Origin: an uncultured Rhizobacter sp.
GTDB taxonomy: Bacteria > Pseudomonadota > Gammaproteobacteria > Burkholderiales > Burkholderiaceae_C
Assembly (NCBI GenBank): GCA_964236395.1
Contig: CAXSEJ010000001.1
Span: forward strand, 1 to 37,117
Reading direction: 5' to 3'
DNA: 37,117 nucleotides
Shown here: positions 1 to 9,664 of the stretch, one piece after another
How the letters are laid out: every line of letters starts with the position of its first letter
How positions within the stretch are numbered: the stretch's first letter is position 1
The notes under the pieces: generated by a model
Database searches by the model: none
Told to the model about the DNA's origin: nothing
What the model saw: the letters and a program-made list of their open reading frames with translations, nothing else
Position numbers and translations under genes: made by a program

Positions 1-832
1 CGGAATAAATGCTCTGGACGACGGCCGGCGGACCGGCGGAGGCACCGTCGCCAGGTGGCTCCATGATTCGGCGCACGCAACTCACCTGCCGGAATCCGGG
101 CGCGAGGCGGCGCATGGCCCAGCCTTCCTGGTCGAGCCTCGTCGGCGTCAGGACCGGCCGGACGACGCGGTAGCCGTCGAGCTTGCGCATGGCGTGCAAG
201 ACGCTGTCGGGCTGCGGCCGGATGCCGATGGCGACATCGGAGAAGGCCGAGGTTTCCAGCACGTCGCCCTGCTCGCCCAGGACGTCGGCACGCAGCAGCA
301 GTCCGGAGGCACGATCGGCCCAGAGGCGGTAGCCGTAGCGAAGGGCGTCGCGCGCCTTGACGACGAGTACATCGGCCTCGTGCCCGGCCACGCGGTCGAC
401 GCCGTCGGCGCGCACGTCGTACCACTCGGCGATGCCGTCGTCGCCCGCCTGCAGGAGTGCCGGGAACGAGCTCAGCAATCCGCGTTGCTCGACCAGGGCG
501 ACCTGGCTGCCGGGCCAGACGGTGTGCACGACTTCGTTGTGGCGAAAGACCTTGCGCTGCTTGCCGTCGAGCGACTCGATGCGCTCGTACTGGTTCGGGC
601 CATCCCAGTAGTGGGCGATACGGGCGCTCGCCATCGTGCCCCCGCTGCTGACGATGAAGGTGCCCTGGAAGTTGCGCCGGCTCGCCGCCTCGTGGATGCG
701 CAGCAGCCAGCTGCGGACCTCGCTCGGCGGCGCCCCGGTGACGCCGCCGGCAGCGGACTGCCCCCACGCCGGTGCGAGCAGACACAGCGCCGCCCAGGCG
801 AACGTGGCCGGGCGAAGTGCACGCATCAACAT
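1..832 (-). CDS. rseB: MucB/RseB periplasmic sigma-E regulatory protein (3' end truncated by window edge)
   Basis: Not in the ORF track because it has no stop in the window. Manual translation from ATG 832 gives MLMRALRPATFAWAALCLLAPAWGQ (signal peptide)...WLLRIHEAASRRNFQGTFIVSS...ERIESLDG...RVAGHEAD...YGYRLWAD...VVQSIYS. Lies directly downstream of rseA. Confidence 0.9.
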   Translation of the reverse strand, partial: MLMRALRPATFAWAALCLLAPAWGQSAAGGVTGAPPSEVRSWLLRIHEAASRRNFQGTFIVSSGGTMASARIAHYWDGPNQYERIESLDGKQRKVFRHNEVVHTVWPGSQVALVEQRGLLSSFPALLQAGDDGIAEWYDVRADGVDRVAGHEADVLVVKARDALRYGYRLWADRASGLLLRADVLGEQGDVLETSAFSDVAIGIRPQPDSVLHAMRKLDGYRVVRPVLTPTRLDQEGWAMRRLAPGFRQVSCVRRIMEPPGDGASAGPPAVVQSIYS

Positions 833-844
833 GGCCAGCCGTGC

Positions 845-1486
845 CTAACGCGCCGGTGCTTCGACCGTCGCGCTGCGCAAGAAGGCCGACGGCACGCCGA
901 GCGCCGAGGTGCCGGCGAACTGTTTGTGCGCGGCCAGGTAGCGCTGCAGTTGCTCGTCGCGCAGGATCCGGTGGTCGGTGACGAGGCCCGGCTCGCTGTT
1001 CATGGCGGTGCGCACCGGCGACTGCCAAGCCGCCTGTCCCTGCACCGACACCGGCGCCGCGGGCTCGGCCGAGGCGATTGCAGGCGAGCGGTCGGCGAGC
1101 GGCTGATCGGGGCGCACCAGCGCGAAGGTGCCGACGACGAGCACCACGCCGGCCGCCATCGCCGCAGGCAGCCGCCACGCCGCCGGCCGGCGCGCTTCGC
1201 GCACGATGTCGAGCGACACGACGTTGGCAGCGGTCGGGGCCGACTCGCTGGCCAGGCGGGTGCGCAGGGTGGAGAGGAACCGGGCGTCGTGGTCGGCGCT
1301 GCTTGCCAGTTCGCCGGAGCGAATCACGTCGCCGATCAGGTGCCAGGCATGCCAGTCGCGACGCGCATCGTCTTCGTCGCGCCAGGTGGCGCAGGCCGCG
1401 GCCGAGGCCGCGTCTCGTGTTTCGCCATCGAGCAAGGCAGACAGCCGCTCACGGGTCGGGCAATCGTCATGGGAATCGGTCGACAT
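845..1486 (-). CDS. rseA: Anti-sigma-E factor RseA/MucA
   Basis: ERLSALLDGE...WHAWHLIGDVIR N-terminal RseA motif, one TM segment (LPAAMAAGVVLVVGTFALV), C-terminal LQRYLAAHKQ. ATG 1486 is preceded by GGAGAGAAG. Confidence 0.93.
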   Translation of the reverse strand: MSTDSHDDCPTRERLSALLDGETRDAASAAACATWRDEDDARRDWHAWHLIGDVIRSGELASSADHDARFLSTLRTRLASESAPTAANVVSLDIVREARRPAAWRLPAAMAAGVVLVVGTFALVRPDQPLADRSPAIASAEPAAPVSVQGQAAWQSPVRTAMNSEPGLVTDHRILRDEQLQRYLAAHKQFAGTSALGVPSAFLRSATVEAPAR

Positions 1487-1554
1487 CTTCTCTCCACCTT
1501 CAGGTTCACCAGGGCGCCACGACACGCAACCGCCCATCATCGGGCACACACCGT

Positions 1555-1599
1555 CCGCTCATCCGCTCACCCGTTCACTACCGTTTCACCACCGTTCAC
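1555..1599. repeat. Degenerate short tandem repeat, CCGYTCAC-like x5, spanning the rpoE stop codon
   Basis: ccgctcat ccgctcac ccgttcac(ta) ccgtttcac(ca) ccgttcac read directly from the sequence. Confidence 0.55.
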
Positions 1600-2203
1600 C
1601 CGCACGGGTGTCCAGCATCGGCCGCAGCCTGGCAGCGATCGCCTCGCGGGCCCGAAAAATCCGCGACCGCACGGTGCCGATCGGGCAGTTCATGACCTCG
1701 GCGATCTCCTCGTAGCTGAGACCTTCGATCTCGCGCAAGGTGATCGCCTGCCGCAACTCTTCGGACAAGGCTTCGACCGCAAAGTTCACCGCCGCGGCAA
1801 TCTGCTTGCTGGCCAGGTGGGCCTCGGGCGTGCCGCTGTCGCTGGGCTCGTTCTCGACCACCGACGCGTCGTCGTCCTCGTCGCGGCTCGCCCGCGCCGA
1901 CTCGGTCACGAGCGGGTCGCGCTTGAGCTCCATCAGCTGCTTCTTCGCCGTGTTGACGGCGATGCGGTACAGCCAGGTGTAGAACGCGCTGTCGCCCCGG
2001 AACTGCGGCAGCGCCCGATAGGCCCTGATGAATGTTTCCTGGGCGATGTCGGGCACCAGATCGACGTCTCGCACCATCCGGCCGACCAGCCGCTCGATGC
2101 GCCGCTGGTACTTGACGACCAGCATCTCGAACGCGCGCACATCGCCCTGCTTGAACCGCTCGACGAGCGCCGCGTCGGCGTCGGGCGCTTTGGGCCCGGT
2201 CAT
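1586..2203 (-). CDS. rpoE: RNA polymerase ECF sigma factor RpoE (sigma-E/AlgU)
   Basis: DAALVERFKQGDVRAFEMLVVKYQ, FRGDSAFYTWLYRIAVNTAK, GLSYEEIAEVMNCPIGTVRSRIFRAR. Start reassigned to ATG 2203, which overlaps the upstream stop as ATGA. Confidence 0.97.
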   Translation of the reverse strand: MTGPKAPDADAALVERFKQGDVRAFEMLVVKYQRRIERLVGRMVRDVDLVPDIAQETFIRAYRALPQFRGDSAFYTWLYRIAVNTAKKQLMELKRDPLVTESARASRDEDDDASVVENEPSDSGTPEAHLASKQIAAAVNFAVEALSEELRQAITLREIEGLSYEEIAEVMNCPIGTVRSRIFRAREAIAARLRPMLDTRAGERW

Positions 2204-2715
2204 TCGGGCGGCCCGGCTGCGCCGGTCGCCGCTGCAGCCATGGGCCGGCGTGCGTGCACGGCACAGCGCAGTGCCTGCCATTCGCGCTCGAGGCCCTGGC
2301 GCTGAACTGGCAGCCAACGACGCATGGGCCGGAGCGCAACATCGTGGCGGTCGAAAGCGAGCAGCATGAAGATTCCGAAATCGAGTGCGAGGACGAGGTC
2401 GCCGCCCTGCGGCTCGTCTGCCGGTCCGGCGGCGCGAGGCGCGAACGTCCAGCGACCGGCGTCTCGGCGCAAGGTGCCGCCTTCGACCCGGAAAAGCAAG
2501 AGTGACAAGGCGACGACCGCGAGCCCGGCACAGCCGGCGAACCACGAGATCGCGGACGATTCCGTGTCGCCGTGTTCGGCACTGCCCCAACCGTACAGGG
2601 CGGCGAGGGCTGCGGCCGCCAGGACCGCCACGGCCGTGCGCCAAAGCCCGAAACGGCGCAGCACCACGCTGCAGGCAAACGGGTCGCGCTGCTGCGCGGC
2701 ACCGGGCGTGGTCAC
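2200..2715 (-). CDS. Small inner-membrane protein, possibly YgfX/CptA-like
   Basis: Fills the fabF-rpoE gap exactly: GTG start overlaps the fabF TGA (GTGA) and its TGA overlaps the rpoE ATG. Two hydrophobic helices followed by a beta-rich domain ending WQALRCAVH. Confidence 0.7.
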   Translation of the reverse strand: MTTPGAAQQRDPFACSVVLRRFGLWRTAVAVLAAAALAALYGWGSAEHGDTESSAISWFAGCAGLAVVALSLLLFRVEGGTLRRDAGRWTFAPRAAGPADEPQGGDLVLALDFGIFMLLAFDRHDVALRPMRRWLPVQRQGLEREWQALRCAVHARRPMAAAATGAAGPPE

Positions 2716-3959
2716 ACCCGCTTGAACACGAGCGTGCCGTTCGTGCCGCCGAACCCGAAGTTGTTCTTCATCGCGTAGTCGATCCGCATCTCTCGCGCCG
2801 TGTTGGCGCAGTAATCGAGGTCGCACTCCGGATCTTGCTCGAAGATGTTGATCGTCGGCGGCGCGATCTGCTCGTTGACGGCCATCACGGTGAACACCGA
2901 CTCGATCCCGCCGGCGCCGCCGAGCAGGTGTCCGGTCATCGACTTCGTCGAGCTGACCACGAGCTGGTCGGCCGCGCTGCCGAAGGCGAGCTTGATGGCG
3001 TTGCTCTCGTTGACGTCGCCGAGCGGCGTCGAGGTGCCGTGGGCGTTGAGGTAGTGCACCTCACCCGGATCGAGGCCGGCGGAGCGCAGCGCGGCCAGCA
3101 TCGAGCGCTTGGGCCCGTCGACGTTCGGGGCGGTCATGTGGAAGGCGTCGGCGCCCATGCCGAAACCGGCCAGCTCGGCGTAGATCTTGGCGCCCCGGCG
3201 CTTCGCGTGTTCGTACTCCTCGAGCACCAGCACGCCGGCGCCCTCGCCGAGCACGAAGCCGTCGCGGTCCTTGTCCCACGGTCGCGAGGCGGTGGCCGGG
3301 TCGTCGTTGCGGGTCGACAGGGCTCGCGCCGCCGCGAAGCCGCCGATGCCTAGCGGCGACACGGTGGCCTCGGCGCCGCCGGCGATCATCACGTCGGCGT
3401 CGCCGTGCTCGATCATTCGGCCGGCCAGGCCGATCGAGTGCAGCCCGGTCGTGCAGGCGGTGACGATGGCCAGGTTCGGGCCCTGGAAGCCGAACAGGAT
3501 GGAGACATGCCCCGAGATCATGTTGATGATCGATGCCGGCACGAAGAACGGCGTGATGCGCCGCGGCCCGCGTTTCTCGAGCTCCGACTGCGTGCTCTCG
3601 ATGAGCGGCAAGCCGCCGATGCCGGAGCCGATCAGGCAGCCGATTCGCTGCGCCTCTTCTTCGCTGAGCGCCTCGTTGGTGGGCAAACCGGCGTCTCGCA
3701 CCGCCTGGACCGAAGCGGCCAGGCCGTAGTGGATGAACGCGTCCATGTGGCGCGCGTCCTTGGCCGGGAAGTAGTCTTCGACCCGGAAGCCCTTCACTTC
3801 ACCGGCAAACCGGCACGAAAAGGCCGAAGCGTCGAACTTGGTGATGTCGGCGATGCCGGAGCGGCCCGCCAGGACGTTCTGCCAGCCCTCGGCGACGCTG
3901 TTGCCGACCGGGCTGATGAGCCCCAGCCCGGTCACGACGACGCGGCGGCTCATCGACAT
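2712..3959 (-). CDS. fabF: 3-oxoacyl-ACP synthase II
   Basis: RRVVVTGLG, catalytic TACTTG, YLNAHGTST, KSMTGHLLG, NNFGFGGTN. Alternative start at 3953. Confidence 0.97.
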   Translation of the reverse strand: MSMSRRVVVTGLGLISPVGNSVAEGWQNVLAGRSGIADITKFDASAFSCRFAGEVKGFRVEDYFPAKDARHMDAFIHYGLAASVQAVRDAGLPTNEALSEEEAQRIGCLIGSGIGGLPLIESTQSELEKRGPRRITPFFVPASIINMISGHVSILFGFQGPNLAIVTACTTGLHSIGLAGRMIEHGDADVMIAGGAEATVSPLGIGGFAAARALSTRNDDPATASRPWDKDRDGFVLGEGAGVLVLEEYEHAKRRGAKIYAELAGFGMGADAFHMTAPNVDGPKRSMLAALRSAGLDPGEVHYLNAHGTSTPLGDVNESNAIKLAFGSAADQLVVSSTKSMTGHLLGGAGGIESVFTVMAVNEQIAPPTINIFEQDPECDLDYCANTAREMRIDYAMKNNFGFGGTNGTLVFKRV

Positions 3960-3972
3960 GGCTCCCCGCCTT

Positions 3973-4215
3973 TCAGGCCGCCTTCTGGTGCTTCTGGGCG
4001 TAGTCGATGGCGAGCTGGACGGTCGTGATCTTCTCGGCTTCCTCGTCGGGGATCTCGATGCCGAATTCGTCTTCGAGCGCCATCACGAGTTCGACCGTGT
4101 CGAGCGAGTCGGCGCCCAGGTCGGCCACGAACGCCTTTTCGTTCGTGACGTCGGCCTCCGGAACACCCAACTGTTCGGCGATGATCTTCTTGACTCGTGC
4201 TTCTATGTCGCTCAT
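3973..4215 (-). CDS. acpP: Acyl carrier protein
   Basis: [17 protein letters not shown] phosphopantetheine-attachment motif; GGAGGAG SD upstream. Confidence 0.98.
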   Translation of the reverse strand: MSDIEARVKKIIAEQLGVPEADVTNEKAFVADLGADSLDTVELVMALEDEFGIEIPDEEAEKITTVQLAIDYAQKHQKAA

Positions 4216-4250
4216 GACTCCTCCGGGAGTGTGTAAAAAAGTAGACGCCG

Positions 4251-4256
4251 ATTCTA
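4251..4256 (-). promoter_or_regulatory. Putative sigma-70 -10 element (TAGAAT) of an internal acpP promoter
   Basis: Near-consensus TAGAAT in an AT-richer spacer 35 nt upstream of the acpP ATG; no clear -35. Confidence 0.45.
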
Positions 4257-4295
4257 CGGTGCGGCGTTCGTCGAGCCGGCTGCAACGCCCCGGCG

Positions 4296-5060
4296 TCAGG
4301 ACATCAGCATGCCGCCGTTGACGTGCAGCTCGGTGCCCGTGATGTAGGCCGCCTCGGCCGAGGCCAGGAAGGCGACCGCGTGCGCGACCTCGGCTGCCTG
4401 GCCGAGCCGGCCGAGCGGAATCTGCGCCAGAAGGGCGGCGCTCTGTGCTTCGGGCAGGCCGCGCGTCATGTCGGTCTCGATGAAGCCGGGCGCGACGCAG
4501 TTGACCGTGATGCCGCGACTGCCGAGCTCGCGCGCCAGCGAACGCGTCATGCCGGCGACGCCGGCCTTGGCCGCGGCGTAGTTGGCCTGGCCGGGATTGC
4601 CGCTGGCGCCGACGACCGAGGTGATGCTGACGATGCGGCCGTAGCGTTGCTTCATCATCGGCCGAATGGCGGCGCGGCAGGCGCGAAACACCGCCGTGAG
4701 GTTGGTCGCGAGCACGGCGTGCCAGTCGTCGTCTTTCATGCGCATCGACAGCATGTCGCGGGTGATGCCGGCGTTGTTGACGAGCACGTGCAAGGCGCCG
4801 TGTTCCTTGACGACGGCGTCGACGGCGGCGATCACCGCCTCGCCGTCGGTGACGTCGAGAACGATGCCGCGGCAGCCGGGGAACGATGCCAGCGCCTCGC
4901 CGATGCCGTCGGCGCCGCTCGCCGTCGTGGCGGTGCCGACGACGCGCAAACCCTTGCCGGCGAGGGCCAGGGCGATCGCTCGGCCGATGCCCCGCGACGC
5001 GCCGGTGACCAGCGCCACCTGGGCCGAACCCGCGGCCGAACCCGCGGCCGAATCGATCAC
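4296..5060 (-). CDS. fabG: 3-oxoacyl-ACP reductase
   Basis: [49 protein letters not shown] start at 5060 overlaps the fabD stop. Confidence 0.96.
   Translation of the reverse strand: MIDSAAGSAAGSAQVALVTGASRGIGRAIALALAGKGLRVVGTATTASGADGIGEALASFPGCRGIVLDVTDGEAVIAAVDAVVKEHGALHVLVNNAGITRDMLSMRMKDDDWHAVLATNLTAVFRACRAAIRPMMKQRYGRIVSITSVVGASGNPGQANYAAAKAGVAGMTRSLARELGSRGITVNCVAPGFIETDMTRGLPEAQSAALLAQIPLGRLGQAAEVAHAVAFLASAEAAYITGTELHVNGGMLMS
5022..5052. repeat. Perfect 12-bp tandem repeat (GGCCGAACCCGC x2.6) encoding SAAG repeats at the FabG N-terminus
   Basis: ggccgaacccgc ggccgaacccgc ggccgaa; in frame. Confidence 0.8.
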
Positions 5061-6001
5061 GTGCCGGCCAGCAACGCCCGCGCGTCGTTCAGCGACGCGG
5101 GGTCGAACACCGCGGCCGACACGGCGCGCGGTTCGATCCGCTTCACCATCCCGAACAGCACCTTGCCCGGCCCGCATTCCAGGATGTGCGTGACGCCGCG
5201 GGCGTAGATCGCCTCGATCGTCTCCGCCCAGCGCACGGCGCCGAAGGCCTGGCGGTAAAGCGCATCGCGGATCGCCGCGGGCTCGGTCTCGCTCTTCACG
5301 TCGATGTTGTCGATGAGCGGAATGAAGGGCGCGTCGATCAGGGTCGTGACCAGCCGCTGGCGCAGGCGCTCGGCGGCCGGCTTCATGAGCGCCGAATGGA
5401 AGGGCGCGGAGACGGCGAGCGGCAGCGTGCGCTTGGCGCCGGCCGCCTTCAGCAGCTCGCAGGCCTTGTCGACGCCCGCCTTGGTGCCGGCAATGACGGT
5501 CTGCTTCGGGTCGTTGAAATTGGCCGCCTGGACGACCTCGCCGGTGTCGCGGGCCGCCTGGGCGCAGCCGTCGACGACCGCCGATGCATCGAGGCCGAGG
5601 ATGGCGGCCATGGCGCCGGCGCCCACCGGCACCGCCTCCTGCATCGCCTCGGCGCGAAAGCGCACCAGCGGCAACGCCTCGGCGAGCGAGAGCGAGCCGG
5701 CCACGACGAGCGCGGTGTACTCGCCCAGCGAATGCCCCGCGACGATGGCCGGTGCGGTCCGGGTTTCGGCGAGCCACGCGCGGTAGCAGGCGACGCCGGC
5801 GGTCAGCATCACCGGCTGCGTGTTCGTGGTCAGGTCGAGCTGCTCCTTCGGACCCTCCCGGATGAGCCGGGCGACATCCTCACCCAGTGCCGACGACGCC
5901 TCGGCAAGCGTCTCGCGGATGGCGGGGTGGCTGCCCCAGGCGTCGAGCATGCCGACCGACTGCGAGCCCTGGCCGGGAAAGACGAACGCGAAGGGATGCA
6001 T
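5057..6001 (-). CDS. fabD: Malonyl-CoA:ACP transacylase
   Basis: [35 protein letters not shown]. Confidence 0.97.
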   Translation of the reverse strand: MHPFAFVFPGQGSQSVGMLDAWGSHPAIRETLAEASSALGEDVARLIREGPKEQLDLTTNTQPVMLTAGVACYRAWLAETRTAPAIVAGHSLGEYTALVVAGSLSLAEALPLVRFRAEAMQEAVPVGAGAMAAILGLDASAVVDGCAQAARDTGEVVQAANFNDPKQTVIAGTKAGVDKACELLKAAGAKRTLPLAVSAPFHSALMKPAAERLRQRLVTTLIDAPFIPLIDNIDVKSETEPAAIRDALYRQAFGAVRWAETIEAIYARGVTHILECGPGKVLFGMVKRIEPRAVSAAVFDPASLNDARALLAGT

Positions 6002-6013
6002 GGAAGCAAGCAG

Positions 6014-7003
6014 CTAATAGTCGAGGAGCGCCGCGCCCCAGGTGAAGCCGCCGCCGACGCCTTCGAGCAGGACCGTGTCGCCGCGCTTCACCTGGCCGGC
6101 GCGAACCGCGTCGTCGAGGGCGAGCGGGACCGAAGCGGCCGAGGTGTTGCCGTGGCGGTCGACGGTGGCGACCAGCTTTTCGGGCGCCAGCTTCAGCTTC
6201 TTCGCCGTGCTTTGCATGATGCGGATGTTCGCCTGGTGCGGAATGAGCCAGTCGATGTCGCTGTCCTGGCGACCGGCCTTGGCGAGCACCGACCGCGCCA
6301 CGCTCTCGAGCACGCCGACGGCCAGCTTGAAGACCGCCGGGCCATCCATCTTGAGGACCGGGTCGCCGAGGATGTGCCCGCCCGAGACGTTGCCGGGCAC
6401 GCACAGGATGCCGACGTGGCGGCCGTCGGCGTGAAGCTCGGTCGCGAGCACGCCCGGCGACTCGCTCGCCTCCAGGACGACGGCGCCGGCGCCGTCGCCG
6501 AACAGCACGCACGTCGTCCGGTCGGTGAAGTCGAGGATGCGCGAGAACACCTCGGAGCCGACGACCAGGGCGCGCTTCGCGGCGCCGGTCTTGACCATCG
6601 AGTCGGCGATCGACAGGGCGTAGACGAAGCCGGAGCAGACCGCCTGCACGTCGAATGCGGCGCAGCCGTGGATGCCGAGCTTGTTCTGCAGGATGCACGC
6701 CGCCGATGGAAACACCATGTCGGGCGTCGACGTCGCCAGGATGATGAGGTCGATGTCGTGCGGGTCGCAGTCGGCAGCCTCGAGCGCCCTTTTCGACGCT
6801 TCGAGGGCGAGGTCGCTGCAGGCGACCTCCGGCGCCGCGAAGTGGCGGAAGCGGATGCCCGTGCGCTCGACGATCCAGTCGTCGGAGGTTTCGACGCCGC
6901 CACGCGCCAGCCGCTCGGCGAGTTGCGCGTTGCTGACGCGGTCGGGCGGCAGGTAGCTGCCGGTGCCGGCGATGCGCGAGTGGCGAAAGGTCGCCGAGGT
7001 CAT
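6014..7003 (-). CDS. fabH: 3-oxoacyl-ACP synthase III
   Basis: [51 protein letters not shown]. Confidence 0.97.
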   Translation of the reverse strand: MTSATFRHSRIAGTGSYLPPDRVSNAQLAERLARGGVETSDDWIVERTGIRFRHFAAPEVACSDLALEASKRALEAADCDPHDIDLIILATSTPDMVFPSAACILQNKLGIHGCAAFDVQAVCSGFVYALSIADSMVKTGAAKRALVVGSEVFSRILDFTDRTTCVLFGDGAGAVVLEASESPGVLATELHADGRHVGILCVPGNVSGGHILGDPVLKMDGPAVFKLAVGVLESVARSVLAKAGRQDSDIDWLIPHQANIRIMQSTAKKLKLAPEKLVATVDRHGNTSAASVPLALDDAVRAGQVKRGDTVLLEGVGGGFTWGAALLDY

Positions 7004-7015
7004 CCGGTCACCGCC

Positions 7016-8134
7016 TCAGAGGGAATGAACCGCGGCCATCGTCGACGGCCCTTCCTCGCTGAACGTCGCGGTGTGCGCGTCGTCGGCCGACGGCATGGCC
7101 GCCATCGTCGCGCTGATGCGGTGGCGCACGCGGTCGAGCAGGCCGTTGCGGGCCGCTTCATAGGCCCGATGCAGTGCCTGCTCGAAGGCGAACGCGTCGG
7201 CCGAGCCGTGGCTCTTGAAGACGAGGCCGCGCAGGCCGAGCAGGGCGGCGCCGTTGTAGCGGCGGTGGTCGACGCGGGCCTTGAAGCGATTCAGCACCGG
7301 CAAGGCGGCGAAGGCAGCGAGCTGGGTGAACGCGTTGCGGCGGAATTCCTGCTTGATGAAGCTGGTGAGCATCGAGGCCAGGCCTTCGGCGGTCTTCAGC
7401 ATCACGTTGCCGACGAAGCCATCGCAGACGACGAGGTCGGTCGTGCCCATGAAGATGTCCGTCGCCTCGACGTTGCCGTGGAAGTTCACCAACCCGGCCG
7501 CGGCCGCGGCACGCAGCAGCTCGCCGGCTTCCTTGACGGCTTCGCCGCCCTTGATCTCTTCTTCGCCGATGTTGAGCAGGCCCACGGTGGGGTCGGCCCT
7601 GCCGCTCATTGCCGCCACCAGCGCGCTGCCCATGATGGCGAACTGAAGCAGGTGCGTGGCGGTGCAGTCGACGTTGGCGCCGAGGTCGAGCACGGTGGTG
7701 AAGCCGTCGCGCTCGTTCGGCATCACCGTGGCGATCGCCGGACGGTCGATGCCGTCGATCGTCTTGAGCACGTAGCGCGAGACGGCCATGAGCGCGCCGG
7801 TGTTGCCGGCCGACACGCAGGCCTGGGCCAGCGACGGCCGGTCGTCGAGCGGCTTGACCTGGCTCACCGCCACGCGCAGCGACGAGTCTTTCTTGCGCCG
7901 CAGCGCGGTCTCCACCGAGTCGGTCATCTCGACGACCTCGGTGGCCACGACACGCGTGCAGCGGGGCCAGCCGACCGCGGCGCTCAGCGCCTCGGCACGG
8001 CCGACGAGCACGAGCTCGGCGGTCGGGTGCGACGCAAGAAAGGCCCGGCAGGCGGGCAGTGTGACGGAGGGCCCGTGGTCGCCGCCCATGCAGTCGACGG
8101 CGAGGCGGATCGTCTGGGCCGGTTCGGCCGCCAT
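7016..8134 (-). CDS. plsX: Phosphate acyltransferase PlsX
   Basis: [57 protein letters not shown]. Start reassigned to ATG 8134. Confidence 0.96.
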   Translation of the reverse strand: MAAEPAQTIRLAVDCMGGDHGPSVTLPACRAFLASHPTAELVLVGRAEALSAAVGWPRCTRVVATEVVEMTDSVETALRRKKDSSLRVAVSQVKPLDDRPSLAQACVSAGNTGALMAVSRYVLKTIDGIDRPAIATVMPNERDGFTTVLDLGANVDCTATHLLQFAIMGSALVAAMSGRADPTVGLLNIGEEEIKGGEAVKEAGELLRAAAAAGLVNFHGNVEATDIFMGTTDLVVCDGFVGNVMLKTAEGLASMLTSFIKQEFRRNAFTQLAAFAALPVLNRFKARVDHRRYNGAALLGLRGLVFKSHGSADAFAFEQALHRAYEAARNGLLDRVRHRISATMAAMPSADDAHTATFSEEGPSTMAAVHSL

Positions 8135-8151
8135 GAGCGAACCCGCCGCGA

Positions 8152-8334
8152 TCAGGCGTCGGCTTTGGTCTTCAGCACCTTTCGGCCGCGGTAAAAGCCG
8201 GTCGCGCTGATGTGATGGCGCAGGTGGGTTTCGCCCGTGGTCGGCTCGATGGCCGTACTCGGCTTGTCGAGCGCGTAGTGCGCACGGTGCATGCCGCGCT
8301 TGGAAGGCGACTTCTTGTTCTGTTGGACGGCCAT
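8152..8334 (-). CDS. rpmF: 50S ribosomal protein L32
   Basis: [19 protein letters not shown]...[10 protein letters not shown]...GFYRGRKV, 60 aa; AGGAG SD. Confidence 0.98.
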   Translation of the reverse strand: MAVQQNKKSPSKRGMHRAHYALDKPSTAIEPTTGETHLRHHISATGFYRGRKVLKTKADA

Positions 8335-8429
8335 GAAAATTCTCCTGGGACCCACGCGTGCGGCGGGGCGGCGGGCGGCTGGGCAGCGCGGCATTCACGG
8401 GCTGGCCGCACGCCACGGCAAAGCCGGGC

Positions 8430-8438
8430 ATTGTAGCA
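8430..8438 (-). promoter_or_regulatory. Putative extended -10 promoter (TGcTACAAT) for rpmF-plsX-fab
   Basis: TGnTACAAT on the minus strand in the yceD-rpmF spacer, ~95 nt upstream of rpmF. Confidence 0.55.
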
Positions 8439-8492
8439 GCGGCTCGCCTGGCCGAAGACACGTGGAGCTGCCCGTATTCCCGGGCGCCTGCC

Positions 8493-9044
8493 TCAGTTCG
8501 GCAGTGGCTTGCTCCGCAACGCCGCCAGGGCCGCGAACGGATGCGCCGCTTCTTCCTCGGCCGGCATCCCGGCGAGGTCGGGCGGCAGCGGCAAGGTGCA
8601 GTCGTCGTGCCTCGGCACCAGCGGCAACGCCAGCAGCAGCTCGTCCTCGACCAGCGCCCGCAGGTCGAGCGACGGCGCGAGGGCGAGCACGTCGTCTTCG
8701 CTGTCGGCGTCGAGCGCTTCGGCGGTGTCTTCTCCGGCGACGAAGAAGAGGCGGCGCTCGACGTGCAGCGGCACCGCGACCGGCTGCAGGCAGCGCTGGC
8801 ACTCGAGCACGACCTCGGTGCGGGCGCCGAGCCGCAACGAAGCCTGCACGCCGGCGCCCTCGAGCGGCTCCCGGGCGCCGCTCGCTTGCCACCGCACGGG
8901 CGCCGGCGCGCCCTCGCCGCTGACCGTGCCGGCGGCGAGGCGGCGCAGTTCGGCCTGCACCCACTCGCCGGACAACTCGCCGCTCGCCGCAGCGAACGCG
9001 GCCACGTCGAGCCGGCGCGGATCGGTGATGCGGGAAGTCGTCAT
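8493..9044 (-). CDS. yceD: YceD/DUF177 family protein
   Basis: [10 protein letters not shown] and [16 protein letters not shown]...[10 protein letters not shown] motifs; canonical position upstream of rpmF. Confidence 0.92.
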   Translation of the reverse strand: MTTSRITDPRRLDVAAFAAASGELSGEWVQAELRRLAAGTVSGEGAPAPVRWQASGAREPLEGAGVQASLRLGARTEVVLECQRCLQPVAVPLHVERRLFFVAGEDTAEALDADSEDDVLALAPSLDLRALVEDELLLALPLVPRHDDCTLPLPPDLAGMPAEEEAAHPFAALAALRSKPLPN

Positions 9045-9061
9045 TCGGTCAGTCTAAGGCG

Positions 9062-9664
9062 ATGGGAAAATGCCACGTGGCCGCACGCCCTCTCGTCCTC
9101 GCCTCGACCTCGCGCTATCGGCGCGAATTGCTCGAGCGCCTGCGACTGCCTTTCGACGTCCAGGCGCCCGGCGTCGACGAGGCGGCCTTGCCGGGTGAGA
9201 CGCCGCGCCACACCGCCTTGCGCCTGGCGCTCGCCAAGGCCGACGCCGTCGCGGCTTGCCGCCCCGAGGCGGTCGTGATCGGCTCGGACCAGGTGGCCGA
9301 CCTCGATGGCCTCGGCCTCGGCAAGCCCGGCGACCACGACCGGGCCACCGCGCAGCTTCGGGCGATGCGCGGCCGCGTCGTCGTGTTCCAGACCGGCGTG
9401 GCCGTCGTCTGCCGGGCCAGCAGCTACCGGGAGGCGGCGCTGGTGCCCGTCGCCGTGCGCTTTCGCGCCCTGAACGACGCCGAGATCGAGCGCTACCTGC
9501 GTCTCGAGCAGCCCTACGACTGCGCCGGCAGTGCCAAGGCCGAGGCGCTCGGCATCGCCCTGTGCGAGGCGATCGATTCCGACGATCCCACGGCGCTGAT
9601 CGGCCTGCCACTCATCCGCACCTGCGCGCTGCTGCGCGGCGCCGGCCTCGACCCGCTGCGATGA
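9062..9664 (+). CDS. yceF: Maf family nucleotide pyrophosphatase, YceF-type
   Basis: LVLASTSRYRRELL, VIGSDQVA, LGKPG, CAGSAKAE, ALIGLPLI; divergent from yceD. True start may be GTG 9077. Confidence 0.9.
   Translation: MGKCHVAARPLVLASTSRYRRELLERLRLPFDVQAPGVDEAALPGETPRHTALRLALAKADAVAACRPEAVVIGSDQVADLDGLGLGKPGDHDRATAQLRAMRGRVVVFQTGVAVVCRASSYREAALVPVAVRFRALNDAEIERYLRLEQPYDCAGSAKAEALGIALCEAIDSDDPTALIGLPLIRTCALLRGAGLDPLR

Noticed and set aside
194-2305. 703-aa plus-strand ORF
   Set aside because: Antisense shadow of rseB/rseA/rpoE; no motifs; typical of high-GC codon bias.
4296-5777. Long N-terminal extensions in the ORF track (fabG 493 aa, plsX 481 aa, rpoE 352 aa, OPX 595 aa, GT 930 aa) suggesting fusions
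   Set aside because: The extensions are Arg/Gly/Pro-rich off-frame readings of upstream genes; true starts lie at overlap junctions.
5186-8194. 1002-aa plus-strand ORF
   Set aside because: Antisense shadow of fabD/fabH/plsX with no recognisable domain.
8152-8334. L32 without CxxC zinc ligands
   Set aside because: The Cys-free form is ordinary in beta/gammaproteobacteria; not evidence of a zinc-starvation paralogue.
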